Positions 35,201 through 50,200 of a stretch of 64,000 nt of DNA are shown in pieces. The notes beneath the pieces are model-generated. The model searched no databases, was not told where the DNA came from, and saw nothing but the letters and a program-made list of their open reading frames with translations. A program made the position numbers and the translations under genes. The first letter of the stretch is position 1. Each line of letters opens with the position of its first letter. The stretch is from Thalia democratica. Lineage: Eukaryota. The stretch lies in the NCBI GenBank assembly GCA_965202585.1, contig OZ241829.1, positions 1,178,001-1,242,000 on the forward strand, in the 5' to 3' direction.

Positions 35201-38200
35201 TAAAAGCTGTTATGTTCAACTTAGTTTAAACAATTGTTTGCTAAAGGTTCTAATTTGAATATCGTTTCTCACTATACTTTGAATTTAAATACTTTCAATG
35301 TGAGCACATTCCTTAATGAATAAAAAAATATTGTTTTTCGTAAACAAACAATTGTTAAATTTCCTTATTGAGGCAACTTTGCTGACACTACAGTTTTTTT
35401 TAATATTTACCTATTATGTTTATGTTTGAGCTTTTATAATATACTCAAATTATTTTAATACGTTAAACTATTTATCTTATTCAAGTAGTATAACCCATTA
35501 AAATGTGGTCAACAGTTATATACTAAATAGCTAAATTAAGTTCGACTAAAAGCACAAGTTTCAAATAAACTGTTTGAACAAGATGTTTCTAATTTGCTAC
35601 TGCCTGCTAGCCAGATGTTTTTTTTTTACTTTAAAAATTTAAAATACCTAACCAGCATAAACAACTGTTTGTTAAAATAACTATAAAATTAACTGACTTT
35701 AATTATACTCAAATAAAAAATTTTGGCTAAAATTTTCTGTAATGTTGCTATAAATTAGCTTTAAAACTAAAATGTTTAAAACAACTTAATAAAAACAGAT
35801 TAGTGTTTCAAATTACTAAAAGTTAAACTGACTCATCTTAATTACTAAACATTTACTGTGCTTAACTACCGTATATAATTACATTTAGTTATTGTTTGAA
35901 ATTCAATAATTTCAATTTAAACAGATAAATAGCGAAAATTTACTTAGTTAGTAACGATATAAAAAACACTTTAATTTTTGTTTTATATAAAAAACAGTAA
36001 CTATAAAACATATAAGTCAAACAATTACCTTGTATTATTATTATATTGTAAATATTGTACAAAATATATTATTTTCTTACACAAATTAGCATTGAGTGTA
36101 TGTTCTGCTTAATCTGATAAATAATGATATTTTTTTTACTTACAACTAAATACATTTTTTTTTTGTAAATACTTAAACTTAGAAAACAACTTCTTTGTTG
36201 TATATATCAACTAATCTTGTTGTACTTTACACAAATTAGCACACAAAGTATGTATTCAAACATTATCTTAACTTTAATATTATATAACTTACATTGGCTA
36301 AAATGTTTACTTATTCTTTATGTTTAAAAAATAAAAATAACCTAAATAAATGCAAAACTTACATATGAAAATAATACAAACTGTTATATTAACAAAAAAC
36401 CAAAAAAAATATTTTAACAAACCTCATCTTAAAACTAACTAATAAAATAATCGGAAATACAGCTTACCAAAAATTATTTAAACAATACTATCATAAAAAA
36501 GCTTAATAAAACCACAATAAACAATGGTAACAAAAAGTACTCATATTATACAGCACAAAGAAATTTATTTCAAATAAAACTCAAATGTAGCACTGTACAT
36601 AGGTAAGTGAAAAATCGTTCAAGCGCATCGGTGAAATGTTTGAATGCAGGAAAAAAGGAATGTTACTAGACAGCAATTATATATATTATTAACTTTGAGG
36701 GGTCAATAAGTTTTTCGCAATGTAATTTAATTTGCTTATCTTTCTAAACATACTTTTTTTACAAAAATTGAACACAAAACTTAAAAATAAGTACTAATAA
36801 CTAATGAAAACTAAAAATAAAAATCCATAACTTTTCAACCTAGATATAAAAATTATAAAACTTAATTTGTATTAATTACAATTCTTATTAAATATACAGC
36901 AATAAACTAAAATTTCAATAATAAATAAACTTTAACAAAAAATATGAAACTGAAGCTGTTAAGTATGATATATATTTTTATATTCTAATACCATTCTGAT
37001 TTTTGAAAACTTCCAACTATAATTATATTACTTTTAAATACATTAAAAAATACAATTATAAATAAGTTTTATCATAAATAATAAAACTTATGTGTAAAGT
37101 TTATTTTCACTTTTTATTTCTTCTTAGATATTACTTGCATAAAGATGTCCAAGCTAGCATAAACAACTTTTATATTCTAAAACTCAAACTAAATACCAAC
37201 TATTTTCTCATATAACTTAACTTTTCCAAACTAATCATATAAACTTTTTGAATATACTTTCCCTGACAACATGCTATAAAAATACGTCATTTCCTACGAC
37301 GTCACAATCACATTTTCGCTTAAAATTAAAATTTGAAAAATAACATACAGATTTAATTGTATTTAAGGTACTTCTTTCAAACACTGTATAAGATAAAGCT
37401 TTTATACTTTTATTTGTAAGTAAAAATTTTAAGAACAAAATATATTTTGGTGAATTTAAAATGGGTGCATTTTTCTAGCAAGTAAGAAAAAGTTTACTAC
37501 TTGAAGTGAAAATTATGTTGGATAAACTTCAAGAAAAAAAATTGCATTTGTTGGCATGAAGTTCTAGTCACAACATAAATAATTGATTTAAAAACTTAAA
37601 GCGTAGATTTTTCAATTATCTTATATTTCAAAAACTTTTCAATATAAACATCAGACTTTAAGCCAGTGGATACTCTGCTTTTCCCTTGCGATATTAAATA
37701 CATTAAACTTGATTCTGTTTGTGACTTATCCATGATGTTTTGGTGAATAAACACAAAAAGCTTTTCAAAATTTAGCTTATTTATCCAGACATGTTTATAA
37801 ACAAGAATAACACGAGTTTATATAAATTCAATTAAATTGAATAGATCAAGTTGATTATGGATTATTTATCATGCTTTGGTATTTGAATATAATATGTATT
37901 TTGAAATCAGCTTACTTATCAATTTTAAATGTTTGTAAACAAGTGACACAGGCAGAAATTTAAATAAATCAAATAAACCAAGTTAGTTGTGACGTTTCAT
38001 TCAGAGAAGTTTTATTTCGGAGAATTTGGTTTACAGTTTAAATTAAATACTTCAACTTGTGAGTTTTTCTCTTGAACTAAACTGTTCAAATTAAATCTTG
38101 AGAGTTAAATTGAACTCGCGAAAAAATACTTTTCAATAAAACTCGTTCAAGTGTTTATTTGAAAATTAGATTTTTAAGTACTTATTTGACTAGAAGAACT

Positions 38201-41200
38201 ATAATTTAACTTTTTAAATTTTCATATCAGAATGATTTATTGTCAGAAAAGTTAAAGTTTGTGAAAAGTGTTAAAACCGTTAATAGTTTTATATTTTTTA
38301 TTTGATGTTTAACTATCCAGATATTAACCTAATATAAATTCTGCGTAAGTTACTTATACAAATCTATATTTCTCAATAAGCAACAACGTTGCAAGGACTT
38401 TTTAAAAGTTCTGCAAATAAAATCTTGTGACTTTATTTTATCTAAAATGTCACACTTTTTAGTGTCAGCATTTACTTTATACTTAACATGTGCTTGTACT
38501 ACTAAGCATAACAAAAACAAATATATATTCAATCTAAACTAACAATACTGACGCATAAGGGGAAAATTTATTGAGTAAATTTATTCTTTGACTGAAAAGT
38601 GACAAAACTAATATGATAAACTTGATACTTAAAACTTTGTTTATCGTAAATATCAAACTCGATACTTAAAATTTGGTACTTAGAAATAATTATTTTTCAA
38701 GCACAGCACTCAATTTGCTTTCAAGTCTTAAACAAAAAATATTTTTTTTAAATGTGTTAAATAACATTTGTTTTAACTTTTTACTATTTTTAGATAAGAA
38801 CTAAATTTTTTTTGAACTTATAAACAAAACAAATTTGACTATCAGTAATAAGTTCAGTAAAAATTGGACTGAACTATTTTTCTGACAGAAAAAAACATAA
38901 ATAAAGCTTATATTTCTAAAGTAATAAATAGATTTATTTATCTTCAGCTTAAAAACCTCACTGAAACTATTTATAATATTGATATAAACTTGATTTCAAT
39001 ACTAAAGCAAACTCAAGCTAATAAAAAAACGTGATTTTTTTTTAATTTAGTTAATAATGTGCACACAAAACACCTTTTTTTCAACAACACTTGTTATAAC
39101 AAAAACAAACAAAGACAAGTATTTGTCGAGCTTTTTTTTCCAATTTTTTGTAGAAACGCGATGAATTATGAATTTTTTCATCGCAAATTTGTCTCATGTT
39201 TTATTTAAGATTTGGTTTAGTGAACCTCTCTGCTGACTTCTAGCGGATATTTTATTTCACATATTAATTGTTGTATTTTAATGTATTAAATAAGTTTGAT
39301 TAAGTTTATTGAGATTTATTTACACATAATTCTTTTTTAAATGAGATCAATAAAACATCGACGTCTCATATATCATACATAATTAGTATGACTATAAAAG
39401 TAAGGAATGCTTTACATTCTAATTATACAAATTTTAATGTTAAAAGCCTGTTTATATATACAAAACTTATTTGTAACTTTTCTATTGATGTCTTTAAAAT
39501 ACTTATGCAAATAGCATTGACGTAATATTTTAACGTATAATAAGAACAATAAATAAAATACACAGATATACATTTATAAAAAATCAAGTTCGTTAGACTA
39601 ATAAAACAATACTAATCTTACCATAATCCCTTTTGTGAAAGAAGTATTAACAAGTCCTCTTTTGAAAATAAAAAGAAAGTTACTCTAACAACTAAACAAC
39701 AACTATCAAGGAAATATAATCATCGATAGACACAACGTACAAATCAACAAGACTATACATAACTTCAAAATGCTAAGAAAAATTGTTTGTAAATTGTTTT
39801 TATTTTAAGCACGAACAAATTAGAAGACAATTACAAAAGTAAAATTACGTACTATCATTGGAGACACTGAACTATTTAAAGTTACTAATTCTTTTTTTTT
39901 TCAATCTTAGAATGTATACTATAAGCTAATTTTGTAAATTTAAAACTACTACTTGTTATTTTATATTAATATAATTATAGAAGCAAACAAACCGCTTTAG
40001 AAAGACTTGCAGTTTTTATTTCTGTAAATGTGTTCTGGTTTTCTTGACTCTAGAAAATTAATAATATTTAATAAGAAATTAGTACACTCAATTTAAATTA
40101 CAAAAAATATTTTATTTTTCAATCTCTTAATTAAAATCATATATAGTTTAGCTAAAAGATATTATTACTACTTTATGAACTAATTTTAATGATAAACAAT
40201 AATAAATTTACAAAGGCAATTTACTCAGATAGAAATAACTCATAAGTGGTTAGTAGTTAGTTCATGTGAAACTTAAGCCTTGTGTAAAAACAAAATAAAT
40301 TAAAATAAATTAATTAGAAACCAAAATAAAAGTGGTTTGAAAATTATTTTATCCAGGAATTTTAACATTCATTTCAATTGTGAAGATATTATCTAATCTA
40401 GTATTCTGAAAATAAGCAACAAAAAAAAAGTGGTGTATAAATATATTCTTTTTATATTAGAAGGGAATACAACTAATACAAGTGTATATAATAAATTACA
40501 ACAAATATTATCTATATCATAAAAAGTGAATTGGAAACATATTTAAAAATGTTCAAAATCGTTCCATTTTTAAGTAAACAAAAGAAAAATAAAAGCTTTA
40601 AAATACTATTTATTAGTATATTCTTCTGTTACTTAATAATACTTTTAAATTATTGTCAATGAATGTATGACCTAACTATCAAATATGTTATGTATCAAAG
40701 TTATTTTTTTCAAATTATAAAGACAGCTTAAATTAAAAAAGAGCTTGTAATAATATTTTAATTTAACTATGTAAAAAAACAATCAAAAACAACAAATTTA
40801 GAAAAAAATACAAAGGTGTTTCAAATCGATCTAAAAACACATATACAACAACACAAATACAACAACAAAAACTAGTTGTATAAAAAATAAGTTATTAAAA
40901 TCACATAAAACAAAAGTCAAAATTTTATTTTTGCCAAAAAAAAATAATTTTTTAGGTAGTTTTGTCAGTAATGAAAAACTCAGGTAGTAAATAAAAATCA
41001 ACAATAAAAAATAATTAAAAAATAATTAAAAAATAAAGGATTACATTAAAACAAACATAACACTAAGTGCTGTTATACAAAATACAATGTGCAAACCTTA
41101 AAAAGAAAAAAGGTAAATTAAAACAACAAAATGATAATTTTGTTGAATAAGATAAATTGTAACCAATAAAAATAAACAAAAACTTCTAATACAACATCAA

Positions 41201-44200
41201 CGCAAAGTGTAAAAGTGCATTTTTTACAAAAACAATCGTGTACAATGAATTTACAAATATTCTCACCTGAGTATGTTTAATCTCCACATAGTTAGAAAGA
41301 CAAGGAAAAATATGTTCGATTATACGACGTAACATTAATTATAATTACAAAAATGCTAGAAAAACTGCAATTTTAATACTTTTTGACTTAAGTAAAATCT
41401 AATAACGAATTATTGAAACATTTAATCATATTAGAAAGATTAAGGCATAGGGGGGAGGTCCGACATTTTTTTACTAAAAATGACATTGTATCTTATATGA
41501 AAGCTTAAAGTACAAACTACAATTCAGTTTTTATAGAATTAGAAAATATTATTTAACTTTGGAGATATTGTAATTTTTATCAAAAGCCTCCGATACAAAT
41601 GTATGGACCGCAAATTTTTCAACGTCAATTTTCTCAAAAATTTTAAAAATCACTAAAAATCTATCTTCTCCTTCATTTTTTGAGCTAGAGACCTCAAACT
41701 TTCAGGAAATGTTCCTTTTGTAATTTAGAAAACTTTGAATGTTGGAATTTTAAAAATATTTAAAATAAAAATTTTAGATAAAAAAAACAAAAAAATAGGT
41801 GGTTTTTTTTTAATAAAAAATTTATTTTTCAAAATTAAAAAAATTGCATTCAATCTTTTTAAAATTTTATAATACACTTTCTGTGAAAATTTGAAGAAGA
41901 TTGCTTTTAAATGAAAGAGGAGATAGATTTTTAGTGAAATGGTCTTTTTTCGCATTTTTAGTTTGCGCCTTCCATTAGGGACTTATTGAGGTCACCGACT
42001 TTGATCGCTCATATCTCAAAAAATACTTTGAGTTTTTTCAAGCGGTTAAAGATGACTGATAGCTCAGATAAAACTCTACAAAGTAAGATCAATTTGTAAA
42101 AATCAAGGTGGACCCCCCCTATGCCCTTAATCAGTTCTGGAAATTAAAATAACTATTTACAAAATAAAAAAAACTATTTAATTAGCTTAAAATAGTTTTT
42201 ATATATTTAACAAACTGTGATTCAGTAATTAAAACATGTTAGAAAACAGTTTTTTTTGAAATAAGTTAAAATTGCTAGATCAAACTAAGGTATAAAATGT
42301 TTTCATTACTTTTTAATTCTAAATGAAATTAAATCAGTTGACTTTGTTTTATCAAAAAACTAAAAATTAAGTATATTGAGAACTTACATAGAAATTTATT
42401 TCAAATGAGTTTTTGTATTATATATGGTTTTTTATATTTAGTCTATCATCTAAAAAACTGATAAGCTTAAAGCCTTTTTATACAATTTTATAAAACTAAT
42501 CCACTTTTTACTTAAAATAGTTATTATGTTAAACATTTCAATAACTTTTTATACTGAAACATTAAACTTATATCAAACAATCATATTAAAACAACGGTTA
42601 AGTATTAAGCAATGGAGAAAGTCACAATAGTGAGAACAACTTTTACATATAAACTAATACGAGTGGGATTAAAACTTTGTAAAGTTTCCAACAAACAATA
42701 AAATATAAAACAAAAGAGATTATTCATCAAAGAGTTTTATATGCTTGTAAAGGAAATAACTGCCGTTGTATTTTGCAAAATATTTTTTAGTTTTCATTCA
42801 GTAAACGACAATACACTTGAAAAAAATACGGTATAAATTTTTCACAAATAATCTTTTGTTTGGAAAAGAGTAAAAAATAGATAATTTAGATTAAAGAAAA
42901 CTTTTTACCTTCTATATCAACATTTAAGATCAATAATTTACCTTTATAACATATATTATAATACCATAATCTTCAATACACGTTGCAAAATACAAGAGCA
43001 AAAAAACTCTTAATTAAGAAAAATACAACTTATACTAAACAAATTACTTAGGATTCACCTAAAGCTTGAGTTAAAGCTAATATCATCAAACTCTTAATTT
43101 AAAAAACAGTTCAAATGTTCAACTTCGTTCTGGATAAAAAAATTTAAATAAAATCTAGATAAATGTAAATTGGTGTATTTAAAATAAAAATTACACATGG
43201 AATCAAGCATAAGTAAAGAAACAAATACCTGGATTTTTATATATTCAAAAGGCAATGCTAAAAATTTAAATGCAACACAATTTTAAAGTGATTAAAAACA
43301 AAAATAGTACTTAATTAACAAAACCAAAAGCATATAAACCATTTAAGAAAAAGTATCATAATTGAAAGATTAGATAAACCAAAAATTAACTCAGAAGCAT
43401 TAATCATGAAACTAAAATAAATCTATTAAGTGGTTTTTTTTTTAAACAAACCTGTCTTCTTTTAATTCTAAGCTAAAAATAAGTCAAAAGGAAAAGTTAA
43501 AAAATTATACAGAATTATCAAAAATAACTACTCAAAGGTATTAAACTAGGCATACTATAATATTTAGTGAGTAAACTAGTAAAAATTTAGTTTTGCATAT
43601 AATGAAAGCTTCCTTATTTAAAAAATGTAACGAGTTTTTTATATTAATTAGGATATCTTACTTATAACTTGTTATAAGTTTATGTTATTTAACTATGTAT
43701 TAATAAATTCGACAAAATATTATAAATTTATGACACTATACTAGATATGTTCATATTTTTAATAAAAAATAAACAAAATATTAAAGCAAGCAAATAAAGT
43801 ATGCTTTAGTTATATACATTTTAGTAAACATAATGTAAAAAAATAACTTACTGATAGTGTAGAATATTTCAGTGTTAGTAGGATAAAAACTATAATGTAA
43901 AAACAAACATAAATATTAAAATTTAGCTTATGTAAAATTTCCTGTAGAACAATTATAGGATAAAATTATGTTAAATTAAGTCAGTCCAACGGCAATTTAA
44001 AGATAAAAGTGGATTATATATGGAAAAAAGGTTTGTTGAAAAAAATTAAAACGTTAGTTTTTTAGTGTAACTTAAATACTAGTTGGGGTTTGTTTAAAAC
44101 TTTTTTTTTTAATAATTTTTTATAGCTTTTATTATATTCGGATATAAATACACTTAAGGTAAAATATTTTAACTTAAAAGTTGTCAAGTTGGCTCGGAAA

Positions 44201-47200
44201 ACATTTAAAATTTTGTTGATATAGCTAATTATTTATTTTTGTGGGAAATAACAACAATAAAAAATTGTTTTCATAAGTGGGCTTGAAAGAGTATTAAAAA
44301 CTCGTTTAAAATATAAATTTTGTGAAAAAATTTTATTTGGAGTTTTTACAATTGAAAACGAGCTTAATGGAAAAGTTTTTTAGTTTATATCATAATTGTT
44401 TGTGTTTTATACTTGTTCATGTAGATGTAACTATAAATTTTCAATAAATATTCTTTTTAAATGATAAATTGTCACACAAAAGCCACATAAAACTTATGTT
44501 AAAAATAGCAACAATTAATCAAAACTTATTTTAATGGCCACTTAAAAACCACTGGATAAAATTTCAGATTTTTTTTAATTCTCATTACAAAAGATTTCCA
44601 GACGTTACTTAGTGGGAAATTAATAATTAATTAGCTGGTGACATCAGGTTACTATGATACATCTGTCTTGTTGAGGATTTTAAAATAAATTTACCTTATG
44701 TAATAAATAATTTAATCTTTTATAAAAAACATGATGCTAGTTGAAAGATTAGCAGTCGGCTTATAGAACTAAGTGGAGAAAAAGTTTAAACATAATGTAT
44801 GTTTATGTTTAAATTTTAACTTAGTTCTGTATTAAAAGTAATTTTATTTATAAATTCCTATGATGCTCTTCAAAAACTAACAAAATCCTTATTTTAGATA
44901 CTAGAATAAACTGTTTATATTTACATAATATTTAGCTGAAAAACAAATAATATTATTTACTATTCACATGAACATACATGCAGTATTTGTTAATAAATAA
45001 CTGAATATATACAATTCTGTGAGTTTCAAAACCTACCATTAGCTATCACAAACTGTAAAATAACATTTTTTTAATTAAATAATTCAGCTATCTTAATTGT
45101 ACAAAAAGCTAGAGTATCAAAACATACAACAACATTACACAAGTAAAACATATACAATATTTTTTTTATTTTACAAGAAATATTTTGTTTGTGCTTTTGA
45201 TAAAAATATATGTAACATAATCATATTTATAATTTCTTGAACTAAAAGAAAATTTGACAATATTAAAATACAGGTAGAAGCTATAATTTTAATTAACATC
45301 AAAGACATATAAGAAAATATATTAAATAGTATAAATCTAAATCATGTAAACTAAATTAACTTAAGAAGATATAAACTTAAATTTATAAATAACCATAGTA
45401 AAATAGCATTTGGAAGCTAAATACATAAGGTGGAACTAAAGACAGCAAAAATCACAAAAATAAGCAAAAAAAAGTGTATAAACAAAAAATAAAATAAAAA
45501 CCACAACATTTATACTTACCTTCCTGTCAAACTGCAAAGTATATGTTTTTGTTAAAATTTATTTTAATATTATATGCTTTAAAATAAAGTAACTAATATT
45601 TGTCTATAAATATGTTGTTAATTTCTATGTACATTGTTTTTTGTCTTTTAAGGATGATACTCCTTTAAAAATAGAGTGAAAATATTTGTTATACTATATA
45701 AATTAATGATTAATATAAACTCATAAACTATATAATTAAAACTACTTGAACTTGTTAACTTTGTTACTTATGTGACGTAATAACTTTAACTAATAATTAT
45801 TGTGAGATTTTTGAAAATTAAAATATTTATAACACCTTAATTTTATAAAGACAACATACTATAAAAACTTAAAAGTATCTGTTCTTAAATTAAGCATTTC
45901 AAGAAAAATTGCATTTTTTATGACCAGAACAAAGTTTAAATGAGCATAAATTTCTACATATGTATAATTATCAAAACTAGTTATTTAAACCAACAAAATG
46001 TAGTTGATAAATTAAGTCAATGCTAATATATTTTATTTTTCTAGTTACAAAGTGAAAATTTGTACATAACAATTGCAACAATAATGTAATAATTATGTAA
46101 AAAGTAAGTATTAGGAATTTTTTAAAAGTGTTATAGTTAGTTAGTATAATTTTTACGTCAGACTTTAATATTTTTTTAAGCAGTATAGATAAAAGTTTTT
46201 GAGAAACTTTCTTAGTTTAACTTATATCTATGCAAAAGTTTAACTTATATAGATAAAATATTAAATCTAATATGTTGGTATCTAAGGGTTATATCTAAAA
46301 TTGATTTTTTTTCACTTGTAAACTTAAAATGATGTCAATATAAATTATAATGTTTTGTCTATAATAATTTAAGGTTTATAATTGCAAATTCTGTAAACTT
46401 AAAACTGAAATTACAGCTTTTAATGCTTTATAAACTATTTGAAATAAAATACACTTAAATTTGTAGCATCAAGCCATGGCATTAAGATACTGGTATTTAG
46501 TTGACGTCATACTAAAAATTCAGCTTTATAAAATATTTCAACACCCTAATTTACAGAAAACTTTGACTGCACTTTAATTTTTTTAAATGTCACATAGATT
46601 TTTATAATCTCTCTCTATAAAAAAAAATTGTGTACTTGCTTAAACATTCAAAGTGTGAGACGCTTTTTAAAATACTCAAAGCAAAAAATACACAAACATC
46701 TTTAATTCATTTTTATGCTTTAAAATACTGACAGGCTGTTTAAAAATTGACAGGCAAACATTGAAAATGCAGCAGAAACAAATATTTGTTTCAATATAAT
46801 AAATTTATATTATAGGTTTACAACATAAACTTTACGTTAACTGAGCTAAATATAAGTTAACTTACATTTTAACCTACTTACGCATAATTTATAACCCAAA
46901 TTACTTTGTTCAATCTTAAATATACAGTTTACCTCATATAATAGGTTCACTTTTTATAATAAATTTAAGAAAAATTTAAAAACTTTAATTTTGATATTAC
47001 AAACTAATAGTAAACATGAATTATTAGTCTAAGTATTATGTTCGAAATTTGTATTTGTATTACTTACTTTATGATTATGAAATTCTTCCCCTTAACTTAC
47101 ACACAGTAAACGAAATACAATGAGTTTGTATAAATACATCCATACTACGCAATATGAACGCATATTTTTCTATACAATGTATAATGTGTAGGAAAATACT

Positions 47201-50200
47201 ACTCAATATAATGAGTTCATATCAGTTGTCAAACAAGCATATAAAATACTAATGATAATAAATAGGGTATACAAACTATAATTTTTTCTTACGTTTTTTT
47301 ACTACATAATTTAAACGTACAAAAATCCCTCCCTAAACATACAGCATATAATTACGTCAAAATTCGGATTTTTATACAATATAATGTGTTTATACAAACT
47401 TGTATTTCAATACTATCATACCAGCTTATCCGGTATCAATTGCAAGGTTAAAACTGGTTTTTAAAAACGCTTAGAACCTAGTTATGTCAGTAATAACAAT
47501 TTGTTGTTTACAAAAAGACAATTTTTACATAAGTACATAATGTGACATAATATAATACAACTTATAAACAATGTAATTCAAACTATATATTTTTGAAAAA
47601 TATCATATTACAACAGATAGGCTTATTAAGCTTCAATTGTGAGATTAATTTTTTATAAGCTTCTTTACATTTGTAAGCTTTCAGTAGCATTACAAACATA
47701 TAAATCATATCTGAATAGACAAATCAAGTCTTCTTTACGAAGAATTGAAACAATTTTATCTAAGATTAACTACCAAGTAAGACATTCATACTTTGTTTAA
47801 CATTTTAATTTGTGATTTTTAAGAATTTGAAACTAATTTGCAATTCTAGAAGCTTTTATTTTAAAGAAACAAGTTTCCTATACTAGTTTTAATATCAAGA
47901 CATGATCAACAATATAATAAACAATATTTTCTATATTTTATTTGAAATCTTTTTGAGCTTACTAGTATACCACATTTGACTTGTAAGGATTACAATACAG
48001 TAAAAGTTTGTAAATGAAAGATGCATTTTCGATTTACGCATAATTTATTATGACTTGCAAAATGGTATAAAAGTTAAACTATGTAGCAATGTAAGTATTG
48101 TGATAAGCTCAAAATTTGAATAATAAACTAAATATATATCAAGAAAAACTTACAAGGAATTTTAATTGGTACTACGTTACAAAAAATTTAAATTAAACAT
48201 AATACTTTTACAAGATAAATAATTTAAAAAAAAAAAAGTTAATAGTTTAATAATTACAATTTGAATACTGTTTTTAAGCTTACATGAATAACCAGTTGGA
48301 AATTATAAAATAGTTTTATAAACGTGGGTACCCGATTAGTGTTTTTTTGTAGCAAAAAATATGATAAGTACATAAAGGTTTTTTTAAACAAACTATTTCA
48401 AGTTATTTAGTTCCAATTTAAGTAAAATATTTCTATTAGTATTTATATTATAAATAAACTAATTAACATAAAATCTAATTAGCGCTTTAACGTTTTTTGA
48501 TATAATAAAACTAAATCTTTAAAATACAACAACAGATATGTAATACAAAACTGTACAAGTGTACATACACAATGAACAGTTTTGTATCAACATTATAATG
48601 CTAAATACAATAATAATCTTAATCTAACTTTCTATTTTTTTATTACTAAAACATAATGTTTGTAAAATCGTGTAGGTATTAGTGCTACATTGTATCGTTC
48701 GAAATTAATGTCACGAATTTATCGATAATTTTCATTCAATCACGATAACATTTAAAATGACCTTATTAAAACTGCATTGGTCATTTTCAACACTGCATTT
48801 AAACTTAACTGTAGAAAAAAACGGACTTTAAAATTTTGTTGCCAATTTTTTTTTTGTGATAAAGTTTACAGAAATAAAACTTTAAAAGCTTATCAATGCC
48901 AACTGAACGATTTAATTAAGTTTTTTTTTTCTTTAAAAAGATTTTATAGTCTGCATATTAAGTCGAATGAAATATACATATTTTTTGATGTAAAAAACTT
49001 CATCAATGACATGATATCGTAATAGACTTTCGAGATACATTTTAATGCGGAAATCCTCTTATAAAACACTCAATCTACTTAAAATTATTGATTTATTGAG
49101 CAGTAAATATTTTATAAGTATCGGTATTTATTATGCACAACTTTGTTTTTGAATTCAGATTAAAAGCTTTTAGCATATGAGTATAATAAATGACTTGAAA
49201 AAAACCTATTAAATTTAATTAAAAACCGTTAAATTATAAAATTCAGTTATATATTTGATATAAAATTTTTATCTAGGTTTAATTCAAAATTTACAAACTT
49301 TTTAGCTAAAAAAAAACTTCTAAAATAAAGCTTTATACATTAAACACTTATTGCAAATAAAACTATTTTTGTTCTAAAAGTAACTTCTTCGACCTATTGT
49401 ATCACAAATTGTTTAAATTTTTCAGTAATTTTTACGCTTTTGGACACAACCCAAAAGTAATGACTTAAATTCAGAAATAGTTTAACATTTATTCCTAAAG
49501 TCACAAAATTTGTGACGCTAAGTAATTTATGACAGTAGAGTAGTGTAACATAAAAAAAAGGAATTTATAAAACTAGAAAATTTATCAATTTAAAATACGA
49601 GCAGCAATTTTAGAATCAAAACTTAAATAGTAGAGCTCAGTATAGATAAGTTTGCTAATGGAAAACAAACTTTTAAAGATTTAATTAAATTTCACTTTCT
49701 TTTTTATTATCTAATTTTTCTAAACCCATTCAAGGTACAAGTTTTTGTGATAAATTTTTCACAACAACAGCAGAAATTCTTAGTGTTTTGTCTGAAGTAA
49801 TCACAAGATGATGTAATAATAAAATGAGAAATGTTTCTTGTAATTTGAACACATTTTGCCATGGGCAGTTTCATATAAAGGTTTAATAATTTTTACACAA
49901 AACTTGAAATTATGTCAAATTTATTGCTGTTAAAAATATTTAATTGCATGTAATTATATAAACTCGTAGTAATAAGAAAACATTTTCAAACTAAATGTAT
50001 AAATTTAGTGTATTTTTTTTCACAAAAATAAATTATAAAGTATTATCAATAATAAGAAATGTTTAAACATATAAACTTTCACGTTTTAATTTACAACTTA
50101 ATCGTGTTTCTTTTCAGCAAACAAAAAATCATACTTTCAAAACAAGATAATGTCAGTTTTGTTTTAAATACGTGTAAGAACATGAACAAGCATAAATTTA

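Noticed and set aside
38350-38532. 60-aa ORF with signal-like start and a 57-nt AG/GT-bounded RCCLL segment
   Set aside because: No in-frame ATG; the bounded segment is open only in phase 2-2, which matches no junction in this part of LRRFIP.
39610-39880. A-rich stretch with faint Penelope-like peptides (IIPFVKE, IIGDTE)
   Set aside because: Similarity is too weak and broken by stops to support without a profile search.
43229-47453. Small AG/GT-bounded segments at 43229-43257 and 47422-47453, and 18-42-nt candidates near 36.4, 46.9 and 47.1 kb
   Set aside because: Either phase-incompatible or lacking any homology; such sites are expected by chance in a 24-kb AT-rich intron.
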